Assembly (NCBI GenBank): GCA_050084515.1
Contig: CM114271.1
Coordinates: forward strand, 3,410,001 to 3,474,000
Direction: 5' to 3'
DNA from: Blasia pusilla
Taxonomy: Eukaryota
DNA: 64,000 bases
In this document: positions 42,501 to 53,782 of the stretch, piece by piece
Layout: each line of letters opens with the position of its first letter
Numbering within the stretch: position 1 is the first letter of the stretch
The notes under the pieces: generated by a model
What the model saw: only the letters and a program-made list of their open reading frames with translations
The model's database searches: none
What the model was told of the DNA's origin: nothing
Program-made: the position numbers and the translations under genes

Positions 42501-44527
42501 GACTCGAAGATAGGCTATAAAAGACCCAAGCCCTCTCTCAAATTTCGAGTGGTATTGGAAGAACTAGGAAAAGTAGCACATCATGAAAAGCTCCACTTTG
42601 AGAATATAAAATGATTGAATGAGGCTCTCTCTCTATCTATAACTCGGAGCAAACCCAAATCACATTTGACTCGCCCAAGATGGTAAATTTGCTCCTCCCA
42701 AGGCCCAAATGGTTCTCTTCATACACTTCACTTTGATGATGAGATGGCGTGTGAAAAATGAAAACCTTGCACACTTTGATGATGAGATGCCATTTGAAAA
42801 CTCGGAATAATATAATGATCACGGAGGCGAAAAGAAAAAAAACGCTTCACTCCATGAGGGGCTCTTAAATGAACCTAAGGAAGGAGTCGGAAGAACTGGA
42901 AACCCCAATAATGAAACATATATTGAAAACCTGACGTATTTGAAAGCGTTATCCCCAAACTCTAATGAAAGAGGGCGAATGTGTGGGCATTGTGTGCCAT
43001 CATTAGACCAAACGCTTATGGATTCCCTCAACTTTGGAGGAGGGGGGAAAATATGTGTCTTCATGCGACCAATGCATTACTTATGGATTCCCTTAACTCT
43101 AGAGCAAAAGGGGAGATATGTGCGTCATCATAAGACCAATCACTTTTGGATTGGCACACGCATGCACAACGTGGATCTCTTGGGTGTGAAGTCCACGAGC
43201 AAAGAAGTGGATTAAAAATTGAATACAAATTCCGTTTCCACATAGAGATTGGTTCCATTTTCTTGGTTCGTTTGTTGGGTGACACAAAGTTAGGATTAAA
43301 TTTGCAACTGATTTTTTTTTATTCAATGGCTTTTGGAATATCAATTTGGTAGCCCATTCCAGTTAGGACTTTAGATTAACTTTTTTAGGCTCAAATAAAA
43401 AAGTTTATCGAATCGTTGAATAGGAAATTCACTTGTCGCACTCGAACACGAATTCTCCATGAGTTTTTACATTGTCCGCCCAAAGACCAAGTTTGAAGTC
43501 CCTCCTCTTCAACACTTGAGACTTGAAACTTATTATGGGGTGAAGATTTGGGTTTGGCTTCCTAGCCCCATGGAAGCTCGCAAAGAGATTTAAACTGCCA
43601 CCTTCACCTTCAAAGGATCATTCTACTCAATTCAATCCAAGAAAAGCCAATAGGCCTATAGGACCCCTTCCACACTTGTCTTCATGACACGCACGTATAG
43701 GCACCTCCTCATCCTAGTTTTCCAACATTCAGTTTTGGTCCTCCAAGACGAAGATTTTTCCTATGGAAGCTTTGATATTTTTTCCAACTTCGACTTCGAA
43801 TTCTTAAGAAGTCATGTTTGAAAAGCAGGTAAGTAAGCGTTCTCCATTTCTATCAATAGGGTAAGGACGTTTCCCCACTTATGTAGAATATCTATATAAC
43901 TATATATAATTAAAAGAGGATGGGGTTTGAAGAAACCCTCCTCATTTGTGGAGATTTGTGTTAAATTTTTTTTTACGATGTTGACACATGTCATTTTAAG
44001 AAAAAAATTCAATTAAGAGGAAACAATTAAATGGAAAAAGAAGAATGATTTTCTTAAAATCTAAATATTAACCTCTAATTAAAATTAAAGGAAATACGCC
44101 ATGGAGCTTACCATCTCTCACCGTGAGGAGAGGGAGGGAAGGGCCATCAAACTCGATTCCCCAAGAGAACTCTCGATCACACATGAGAAGCACATCATGA
44201 ATGAACGGATGAATTAATGAGTGCTATGGTAGACGTATCCATCTCCATCGAAAGGCCCATGGAACCCACTCCCAAAAGACGAAATGTCACCAAAGCTTTC
44301 GTCCATGATTGACTAGAGACCGAAGAATTTATATATCTACCCTCTCTATCGATATATATATATATATCTCTCTCGCTCCTCAAGCCCCTCCCTCCACCAT
44401 TCCAGCGCTCGTTCCTTCCTTGTGCGGATGGCATAATTGTCCTTGAAAGGGACCCCAAACCATCCGCTCATGCATGAGACTCCGGTCTTCAATACCCGCG
44501 AAGTCTTTGTGAGCGCGAGTGATTTTG

Positions 44528-45135
44528 GGACGGACGGACGGAGGGCTAAAAGTGTACTGCCCGGACGAAAAAAGTAAGGACGTGGACGGCCGCCACAATC
44601 CGTCCCGTCTGATGTACTCGCCCTCGAAATCCTGTACGTCCCATGCAACAACGACAGCCTCCACATCAACGACGACGGCCACGTCGAAGTCAGAATCCGT
44701 CCTCTCCCTCCATCATGGATGGAATCCGATGGATGGACGGACGGACGGACGGATGGATGGAGGGAGGAAGACGAGTACGGAACTCACGAAAGTAACGTGG
44801 GTTTTTTTCGCTCTCCGTGGGTGTGTCTGGCTGTGGGCTGTGGATGGGAATCATGCGACGTATTCCGTAGGCGTGAGAGGGGTTTGACGTTACATGGATG
44901 ATGATGATGGATGGAGTGAGTACGTGTTGGCTCCTGCTTCTTCATGCAAAGGTTCATTCATTCATCTCGGTCGTCTGTGGTGATCATCGTGGACGGAAGG
45001 ACGGATGGAGTGATGGATGGATGTTTTGTCTACTCTCTACACTCAGTTGCTCAACAGCTCCCATCACAGTCTGCAATAATGGGCCGCGGTGCGCTGGACG
45101 GACGGAGCCATGGATGGATGGATAATGGACGGACA
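44528..45135 (+). repeat. Dispersed (GGAC)n/(GGAT)n microsatellite patches in a CpG-rich island
   Basis: For example GGATGGACGGACGGACGGACGGATGGATGG at 44731-44760. Confidence 0.8.
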
Positions 45136-48100
45136 CAGGGACAGTACTTTCTATGGTAATCATCAGATGGAGAGAGTCGGAGGAAAGGGAGACCGTAACT
45201 TCAACTCTCAGTGTCACTAAGGGCTACTACTGTAGCGAGCGGGTAGTGACTGCTAACTGAAGCATCTCCGAATTGGTGGAGTGGGACAATTTGGAGGGTT
45301 TCTAAAAAGGTGGGAGTTTTAGGAAAAACACGTGGTGGAAAACTCGGAGACTTTCCACGAATGAGGATGAGGGAACTTTGAAGGCTTCCACATAAGCGGG
45401 AGACTAGTTTAGCCCTTCCTTACTAGAGTCAAATAAAAAAATCAAAAGGACGTTGTGGTTTAGATCTTCGAAGCTTGAAAGTTAAATAAACAAGTGTCAA
45501 GTCCGTGTAATGCATAGGTGACGGAAGGATATCTAAGCATAGGTTAAATCCTTGAACTTGTTAATTTAATTATTTTTTTAAAGTATGACACATGAGGGTT
45601 GAAAGTATAGGTGTCAACACCGGAAGATGGTTTTTTAAATTGGTTTAAAGTTTTTTTTTAATCTACTTTGAATGATCCTATGGGTTTAGAAAAAAAACGA
45701 TCTTATTAGTTGAAAGTGCTAAGTGTCAAGAGGAGACGTGTTTGCAAAATGAAAGGACACTCTCCAATAAAAATATAGATAAAACATCTTTATTATTAAT
45801 TTTATGTAGCATTAACACTAGGTTGTCCACTCGTAAGGCGTACTTGGCTGGATTTGCATGAAATCTCAATCGATTTGAAAAAAATCCATAACTAATCATT
45901 AGGGCCTAGTTTAGACCCGTCTTTTGTGGTATGTGTAGAACAAGCCACCTCATCATAATTTTAATTATTTTCTATTTTAAACACCTAAGTTTAGGCTTCA
46001 TTATTATTTTATTTTATCTTGGTGGGGTATCTTAGGCATTACATCCCATTCCTAGGTTCATATAAAGTGTGAGGGTTTTTATTTACATTATTGTGTAAAT
46101 AAGTTCATATGAAGCATTATGTTATGAAAATGTTCATTTTAATCTTTGCATTCTCCATTCTGATTTCCTCAATTCTAACTAATTTCGACTTTCATACAAC
46201 GGGTAAGATTATGAACCCGTTCATTTTTGTATAAGTAAATACAACAAAATTTTCTTGTATATCTCTACTAATCTACAACATTCATATTTTACTCATCATT
46301 TTTTTTGGGGCCAAGACTTTGGTTTGTTCTTTTAAAAGGCTTCTCTTATTTTAGGAAATGTGAAGTTCCATTCCATAGAGCCTTAGGACCTCAATAGCAT
46401 AGATGTTAAGAATTAGGAATTTCCAAGTCCACTCAGGGCTCATAGTGGGCATGATAAAATTCAAGGTAGTATGTTGATTGTATGCCTCAGTTTCTTTGCC
46501 CTACACATAGTCAACTATTTCTTTATCAATAATAATATGACTCACAGACAAGTTGGATTGGATTTACCTCCTAAACTCAAGAGTCTTTATCATAGCCCTC
46601 CACCCCTTATCAAGGATGTACATTTTGGAGTCCAATTTTTTGAGGCACATCCAAAAATCTCCAAACCTTTTGTTTAGCACGATTTTGTGGGGGTTAACAT
46701 TCACTTCCCATTGGCTTGGACAAGGCTACTAATCCACTTAGTATAGTGCATTGGAGATGCCCTAAGGTCATGGTCCAATGTGCTTAGTCCCCAAAATGGT
46801 CTCCAATTTGTGCTTTGATAAATGAGTGCTCAAATTTTCATTTCTGTTATTTTTTCATCTTGAATGTTGCTTAATCAATGATAGACTAGTAAGAATATTT
46901 GTATACACATGGGATTGGGTGGTAAGAGAAAAATCGAAGATTTGGAAAATAGTGATACAACCGATATGAAAGGCTTGTAAGAAAATTTCTCGAGAGTTGG
47001 GTGATAGAGAAGCGTAAATAGAAGAGAACAAGTTGATAGTGAGATTATAAGCTTTGACATCACAACTTGTACAAATATATAAGACCACTACTTTTCAGAA
47101 ATACGAGTTATTTTGCTACCAACAACTAGACATTATGTTATATAGACTGTAATTGAATGAAGGGTATATCTTTTTTTAAAAAGGTGAGACTTAACTCCTA
47201 TGTAGCACCTTACTTATTTTGTCATTCATCCCAATATATGATTATGATTGGCCTAAAAAATCCGTCGCTTAGAGATTGCCCAAGGTTGTATGGAATCGGA
47301 CATGTCCATCCATGAGATGAATATGCCCCACAGGTCTCATGCTTGGGTTTTTTTACCTAAGTCGTCCGCACGAACTCAAGATGTAGAATCGGATGTGGGC
47401 TTGGATTGAGGGAGGCGGGCATGGATCGAACGGGTATGCGGGTTGTGAGACCTAGCCTAGCTCGCATCAAGCCCCTAGAGCCAGAGGCCTCTACGCGTAA
47501 GACAATGTTACATATGGACAAAATTTTTGTCTGTGGAGTTACGTCTGTCCTATAGACGAACTTGGTTCTTCCTATAAAGGACTATTCATCCAATGTTGTC
47601 AAGTATTTGTAGCAATAATTCTAAGCCATGGTATAAGGTTGTGTTAAATTTTCTTCTTTTTTTAAAAAAATTGTTGGATTTTTTTGGTTGTTGTAGATTT
47701 TCCTACTTCTATTCTCCAAGAGGGATTTTTGAGGCATGCCTCCTCATAATGGAAGTACTAGGATTTGTTGAAAATTTGCAGAAGTTTCCAATTTGAGATC
47801 ATGAGAAGACATGCACAACATGCAATCAATGAATTGACAAATGAAAAGATACAACATAATGTTGTGCTCCACATATAATCCATAAACCGTGATCAAAATT
47901 ACAATTACTGCGTGTCAAACTCAACTTATTTTTTATGTCACCTCAATAATAGCCTTTCATGTGAAGAGCCATATTAGAATATTTCTAGTTTAATCCACAC
48001 ATTTTAAGAAAGCATGATTTTCATAATATTATAAACATCTCATCCTATATAATTTCACTTGAAAATAACTTGAAAGTACATTAAGGTAATATCTCATGAT

Positions 48101-49306
48101 ACGGATAAAGTAAACATGTCTCAAAATGTAATTAATATCTCGGAAAACAATTCCAATGGATGAAAATAAGGTATATACATGTATGGTGTATCAAATTTTT
48201 TTCGCTGAAAAGGGTACTGAATTTTCAAATCATAAATATTATTATTTTAGTAACATTGCATAAGGAGAAATTCTCATGGAAAACATACTCAAGTTTTAAA
48301 TCATATGAATATGACTCATTGTATTGTTACAATTCAAATCCCACATGCCCATGAGAGAAGAACATTGAAAGGAAATTCTAACCAATGTCTTATCCCTAAT
48401 GTCTTACAAGCATAACAAATCAATGGATAGACCTACTTACAACCCTTCCATATGGATTCACGTAACCCTTGCAATAACCAAACAAGGCACCAAATTAGTG
48501 GGTATGGCAAAAATTGTCATCTATACTATTATCGGAGCATGCCCCTTCATTTTGCAAACTCTTCTCCTCTTGATACTCGGCAATTTTATCAAATAGGATC
48601 GCTCGCCTTCTAAGCCAACATGATTACTTGAAATTGATTTAAAATGAATTGAGAGTCAATTATGGGAGATAACTACAACCCTTACAAGTTCTCCCTGTTT
48701 TTTTTTTCTCTTCATCTAGCCTATCCACATATCTTATACACACCTTTGATAATTACTTTTTTCCAACCCCTCGGGGCCTCTGGAGACCCATGTACGGGCT
48801 TACACTAGTTGTCAAAAATAGAAGAGAAGGAAATCCTCTTACTAATTATCTCATATAATTTACTAAAATATATTTTATTAAATCTCGAGTATGTGTTTTT
48901 CATGATTTCCCTCTAAGTAGAGAAGTGGGCAGCCTTAATAGGTTTGCATGGTAACCAAGTAAACATATTTAAAAAATACATGAATATATTAGATATATCT
49001 ATATATATAAAAGATGGTACAAATTTTTTTATTGGTGTTTATTTCAAGTTTTATTCTTAACCTGGTCTCCCAGTTTTTTCGTATAAGAATATTTTTTCCT
49101 TAAATCGTATTAAATTTGAACCGGATATAAACCTTAGAAAATCCCAAAGAGGAAAGAGAGCAGAAGGAGCCGACCCCGCTTTTGACCGAAATAGGCGCTT
49201 TCTTTTCTTACTGAGGTCTCGGTTTTTGGGCACGATAGAAAAAGCTGACAGTTTTAGGATGGAGTTTTCCCGAGCTTTTGGTGCGGGGACAAGAAAACTG
49301 CCACCA

Positions 49307-49647
49307 CAAGTTGGGGAACAAGTGTGGTTGAGTGTTAAGAATCTCACTCTTCCGAAGGAATTTTCCGCAAAATTGTCAGCCAAGTATGTTGGACCGTATG
49401 TGATCAAGGCAAAGCCGTTTGAGGATGTGTACACGTTGGAGCTGCCAAACGAGTTCAAGATTCACCCGACTTTCCATGTGTCATTATTGAAGAAGTATCT
49501 TCATGACAATGTGCGTCCGGAGCGAATGAGGATGTTGAGACCACAACCGGTCATCAGAAATGAGGAACCAGAGTTCGAGGTTGAGACCATTCTGCGTTCC
49601 AGACGTAGAGCCACCAAGTACGAGTACTTGGTCAAGTGGAAAGGCTA
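49307..49647 (+). mobile_element. Ty3/gypsy chromovirus fragment: integrase C-terminus (GPY/F) plus truncated chromodomain
   Basis: QVGEQVWLSVKNL...KLSAKYVGPYVI...IHPTFHVSLLKKY...EFEVETILRSR...EYLVKWKGY, cut by an LTR insertion. Confidence 0.93.
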
Positions 49648-50226
49648 TGTCGTGCGAATCCACATCTTCATACAACATACATCGCTGACATACCATACGC
49701 ACATACATACATAACATAGAGAGTATCCACAAACGCAAGTGTACCACAACTGAAATCCGTGAAAGACCTACTGTCATAAAACACGTTTACAATCACATAC
49801 AATCGAGCCAAACCCACTCCACGATGGGAGAATCTAGGTCGAAGCTTATGGAAACACCATAGCCAAGAGCTCTACTCACTACCAAGGCTAACTCCCAACG
49901 CACAGGCTCAACTCAAAGAATGATCGTTCTTTGAGGGCAAGCCATCTTATATCCTCCAACCTAAGAGCGGGCCCTCTTTGGGAAAGTCACCCTAACCGAG
50001 TAACCCCAACCCTATGGATGGAACCGCATCTCTACCAAGCCACTACGGTCCTACATAAGGAATGGCCTCTATCAAAGACACCATACTCTACGACATAATC
50101 CGTATGGTCATGACAAATTTGTCGTGCGAATCCACATCGTCATACAACATACATCGCTGACATACCATACGCACATACATACATAACATAGACGAGAGTA
50201 TCCACAAACGCAAGTGTACCACAACT
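49648..50226 (-). mobile_element. LTR-A (49648-50115, 468 bp, TGTCGTG...CATGACA) joined via AATT to a truncated second copy (50120-50226)
   Basis: Near-identical repeat of about 105 bp at 49648 and 50120; short terminal inverted repeat; TATAA and GT-rich tract on the minus strand give the orientation. Confidence 0.8.
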
Positions 50227-50797
50227 CGCCCCCCTAACTGGCGCCCCCACACACACACACCACACTCTAGAAACCTCTCGAAGAATAGACCATGATCAAG
50301 TTACTCTCCCAAGAGGGGTGATCCACTCTCATTGGAAGAGCAAGCAATCCCAAAGCCATACACTCAAGAGAGACACGAGAGACTCAAGATGTGGAATAGA
50401 AGGTGATGAACCCTTGAAGGTCCCTCCTCTTTATATACTCACAAGGGATCCACAAGAGTACGAAATAGAGCTTATCTTATCTTGTGCCACATGGCTTCCT
50501 CTCAAGGCTTAGCCAATCACATTTTGACACAAGTAGATTTCCTCTTATCTCTTCCAAAATATCCTCTTTTACCCACATGATATTTTCCAAATTACCCCAA
50601 CTAACCTAGCCACCAACCAAGACTACTTTTGCTTTTCATTAAAGCAACTACTTTACTTTTATAAAGTCATCTTTTATTTATTACCTCCTTTTCCTAAAGT
50701 TGGGCCCGCATAAAAGAGGCACCATAAAGAGGTTTAAACATAAGAATCTCCTTTTTCTAAGCCAATTTACTTAATACTAATGAAACTCTATCTAACA
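50227..50797 (-). mobile_element. Truncated LTR-B (minus strand starts TGTTAGATAG)
   Basis: Ends ...CTATCTAACA at 50797; minus-strand TATATAAAG near 50430; sharp compositional switch to coding-like sequence at 50798. Confidence 0.6.
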
Positions 50798-53782
50798 CTT
50801 AATGACGAAGGAGTTTACACACTGGTTGATTTTACTATACGACAGCGGAGGGAGAAAGTGTCTTTGTCTGAGCGTGCAAAGTTCATCCAAGATGCAATAT
50901 CTGCAGCAACGAAGTACACGGCAAGCAAGATGCAACACTACATCGCCATTCTCAACCCCGAACTTGGCCACGATTTCTACAAGGAGCTGAAGGCGATAAT
51001 CAAGCGCCAGCAGAAGAGGGATGAAGATCCGCAAGGTCGGATTGGGGAGAAAGTGTCTCTCAATCGCGTGCATCAATTTTCCTTGTCTGGAGTTAGCAAA
51101 TTTAGGAGAATCCGACTGATGAAAATCAGTCTCGAGGGCAACACACCATCCTCCGGGTGTCTCTGATCCAGTGATCTCCCACTGGCTCCGTGAATGGTCA
51201 TTCTGGGATGCGTTGTGGCTTCTTGGAAAGTCCATGCTCGTGGGTCTCCAAGCGGAGCTGAAAAGAATAAAGCCAGTTCCGGTGGAAGTAAACCTGGAGA
51301 ATGTTGAAGATTTTGAACTTTGGCTGGATGACATGCGGGACAAGCCCATTAAAAACCCAGGTTTCAGGACGATGTTCAAGGATCACATCCTCCCTCATGC
51401 AGACCTTGACGAAGAAATAGAAGCGAAAAAAGGGATTTCGCAAAGAAGAAGCGAGATCTTCAGGAGCAGGCGGCCGATGCATCTCGACTAAGAGCTGCCC
51501 CCAACGCATGGTGTTCCGGTACCTCGTCTATTGTAAGAATGCAGGTAACTGGCAAAAAATACCGGCAGCTTGCAAATTGTGGGCTTCTCTGCATGATGGA
51601 GAGACATTTTCCATGTACGACATGGAGATGGCTCAAAGCATGTCCGATTGGGAGGTGGAGAATTTCCCGATTTGGCTGGACTTCAACGACCGTGAGGACG
51701 TAACCAAGAAAGATCTACGCCTGCTCTATGATGGAGTGACCGCAGGTAGGGACGACATCCCCAATTTTGTGCATCCTAAAGACTTTTTCGAAGGAGATGT
51801 AGAGGAGCAAGCCCTCAAGACAGCGGAGTTGGTGTCCAAGGTCGTCACCGCCAAGGACAAATCTACAACAGATCTCAAAACCAAGGCGAGGGGATTGAAG
51901 AATTCCAAGGCCGAGTCTTCCCTAAGAGAGGCTGAAAATTCAAGGCGAGAGCCGGAATTGTCCGGGCGAGCGGGGAGAGAGGGTGGGACCAGGTCCTCCG
52001 CAAAAAAAGCTCCACTAGAGTCTGAGGTCATAGAGACCCCAACAAGCCGACCGCAGACTCGGGAGAAGCGGAAGCGAGAGGCGCCAGGGTTGTCCCTGGG
52101 AGCAAACTAGGATGTGGAATACATTCCATCATCCTTGGGAAGACATAGAGAAACAACGACCCGGACAAGCGTCATCATTCAGTGCAGTAATCTTCTGGAT
52201 GAGCTGAAAAGTTTCAATTCCCAAGCGTCGACACCCGCCATCGAGAAATTGACAACGCTGGGACGGAAGCTTCAACGAAACGGGCACACTCCCTGGACGG
52301 TCCATGGGGAGGTCGAAGAGGTGGCGGTGGATCTCCTCGTCGCTGATTTGCCCTCAGGGTTGCGCTTGTGGGACGAGAATCCATCCGACGGGATCCCATA
52401 CTGGAATGCCCCTCTTTCTTATGACCAGATCGCGCTCCTGTTTTCCTTTGTAGACGCTTATCTCAGTGACAGGGGCTATTTCTTAGTTTTGACTGGAAGG
52501 AGCGAGGATGAGCTCTTCAACCTCCAATGCGTTAAGAGGTCGCTAAAGTGGAGGACGGCACAATCGTGGGTCATCAAGAACGAGTACCCACTCCGATCCG
52601 CGACGAGTCAAATTCGGGTAAGGGCTCTAAATTTGTATTCAAATTCTCTTTCTCCGACGGGTTGCATCTCTGCATGCAACCTGTCGGATTGTTTGAAGCT
52701 AGAGACGGCGGTGGTGCAATCCATCTGAAAGCGACGAATGCAAATTTACCGCAAGTCTCCATTGGGTGAATGCAACCCGTCGGAACCCGACGGGTTGCAA
52801 GTGCTCATGCTTTTTCCTTGTGTTTCTGGAATGATGCAACCCGTCGGAACCCGACGGGTTGCAAGTGCTCATGCTTTTTCCTTGTGTTTCTGGAATGATG
52901 CAACCCGTCGGAAAGCGACAGGTTGCTCTTAGCCAACCATGGGCTGCTCTAAGCCAGCAACCTGTCGCCTTCCAACGGGTTGCTCATGGAAAAAAAAATC
53001 ACTAACACTTGTAAAACAACCCGTCGGACTCCGACACGTTGCTCCAATGTTAGGATTATAAAGAAGTTCACTGGGGTTCAGCGAAGTTCTCTGGGAACGT
53101 GTTGCACATTATGTCACCATTCTGAGAGTAGACCAGTGGCCAAGTAACTCTTTCTTGTTGCTGACATTGTTTCCAGCGTGCTTCTTTACAGATGTACTAC
53201 TCCTATGTTTACTGCTTTGTTCAGCCCAAGCACAACTTCCAGGTGTTTAAGATCCTGGATCCTATGGATCCATGCTCCGATGGATACAGCTTAGATAGTT
53301 TATACAATTCCCCCCCGAGAATTTACATGCAAGACGGTACCCCCTTACTTGGAGGAAGAGAAAAGTCGCCAGCCCTGATGCAAACGCTGATCGAGCTCTG
53401 CTCAAGGCCGAGTGACTTGGTGTTCGACTTAGTGGGCCTTTCAGGAGCGAGTATCAGAGGCGCGTGGCAGAGTGGCAGGAATATTCTTTTCCTTGAGGGA
53501 AGGCAACAACTGTTTGACCTTTGCAAAGGCAGATTACGACAGGCTAGTTGGGGCGTACAACTCTCCTCCGAAGCCAAGAGCTCCGGTTCCAGACCCACCA
53601 TTGGTAGGGACACAATCGTCACTTCCCACGATTCTGAAAATCGGGAGGGCAAGGCTGACAGTAATCTTGGAAGAGCTCTGGGACGATGATGAGTGAGTTC
53701 AAAGAACTCAAGGACCCAGCTTGACTACATCGTTTGGAGTAGGGATTTATTTGATGACGAGGCAAAAGATTTCATAGAATAG
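50798..53782 (+). pseudogene. Disrupted gene: long unknown N-terminal region plus beta-class N6-adenine/N4-cytosine DNA methyltransferase-like domain, with one intron (52618-53191)
   Basis: VDLLVADLPSG (motif IV position, 52327-52359); FVDAYLSDRGYFLVL; SWVIKN; then after a phase-0 GT-AG intron YSYVYCFVQ and EKSPALMQTLIELCSRPSDLVFDLVGLSGASIRGAWQSGRNILFLE...FDLCKGRL (motifs X-I-II). Frameshifts near 51160 and 51430-51500; in-frame TAG at 52108; 5' end cut by an LTR. Confidence 0.82.
52653..53042. repeat. Palindrome-bearing tandem repeat in the MTase intron (64-bp period; core TGCAACCCGTCGG-AAC-CCGACGGGTTGCA)
   Basis: Cores at 52771, 52835 and 52899; diverged cores at 52653-52687, 52957 and 53017. 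Confidence 0.95.

Noticed and set aside
46642-46765. Tourist/Harbinger MITE (TTGGAGATGCCCTAA end)
   Set aside because: Only one convincing TIR; the partner end and TSD could not be established.
50780-50797. ATG at 50780 as the start of the MTase-like gene
   Set aside because: MKLYLT derives from the LTR-B terminus (...CTATCTAACA); the true 5' end is missing.
52771-52930. CRISPR-like array (palindromic repeat with spacers)
   Set aside because: The intervening 35-bp segments are identical rather than unique spacers, there are no cas genes, and the context is a eukaryotic intron.
49560-53782. Chromodomain-MTase fusion like rotifer N4CMT
   Set aside because: The chromodomain directly follows a GPY/F integrase tail, so it belongs to a chromovirus, and it is separated from the MTase gene by LTR insertions.
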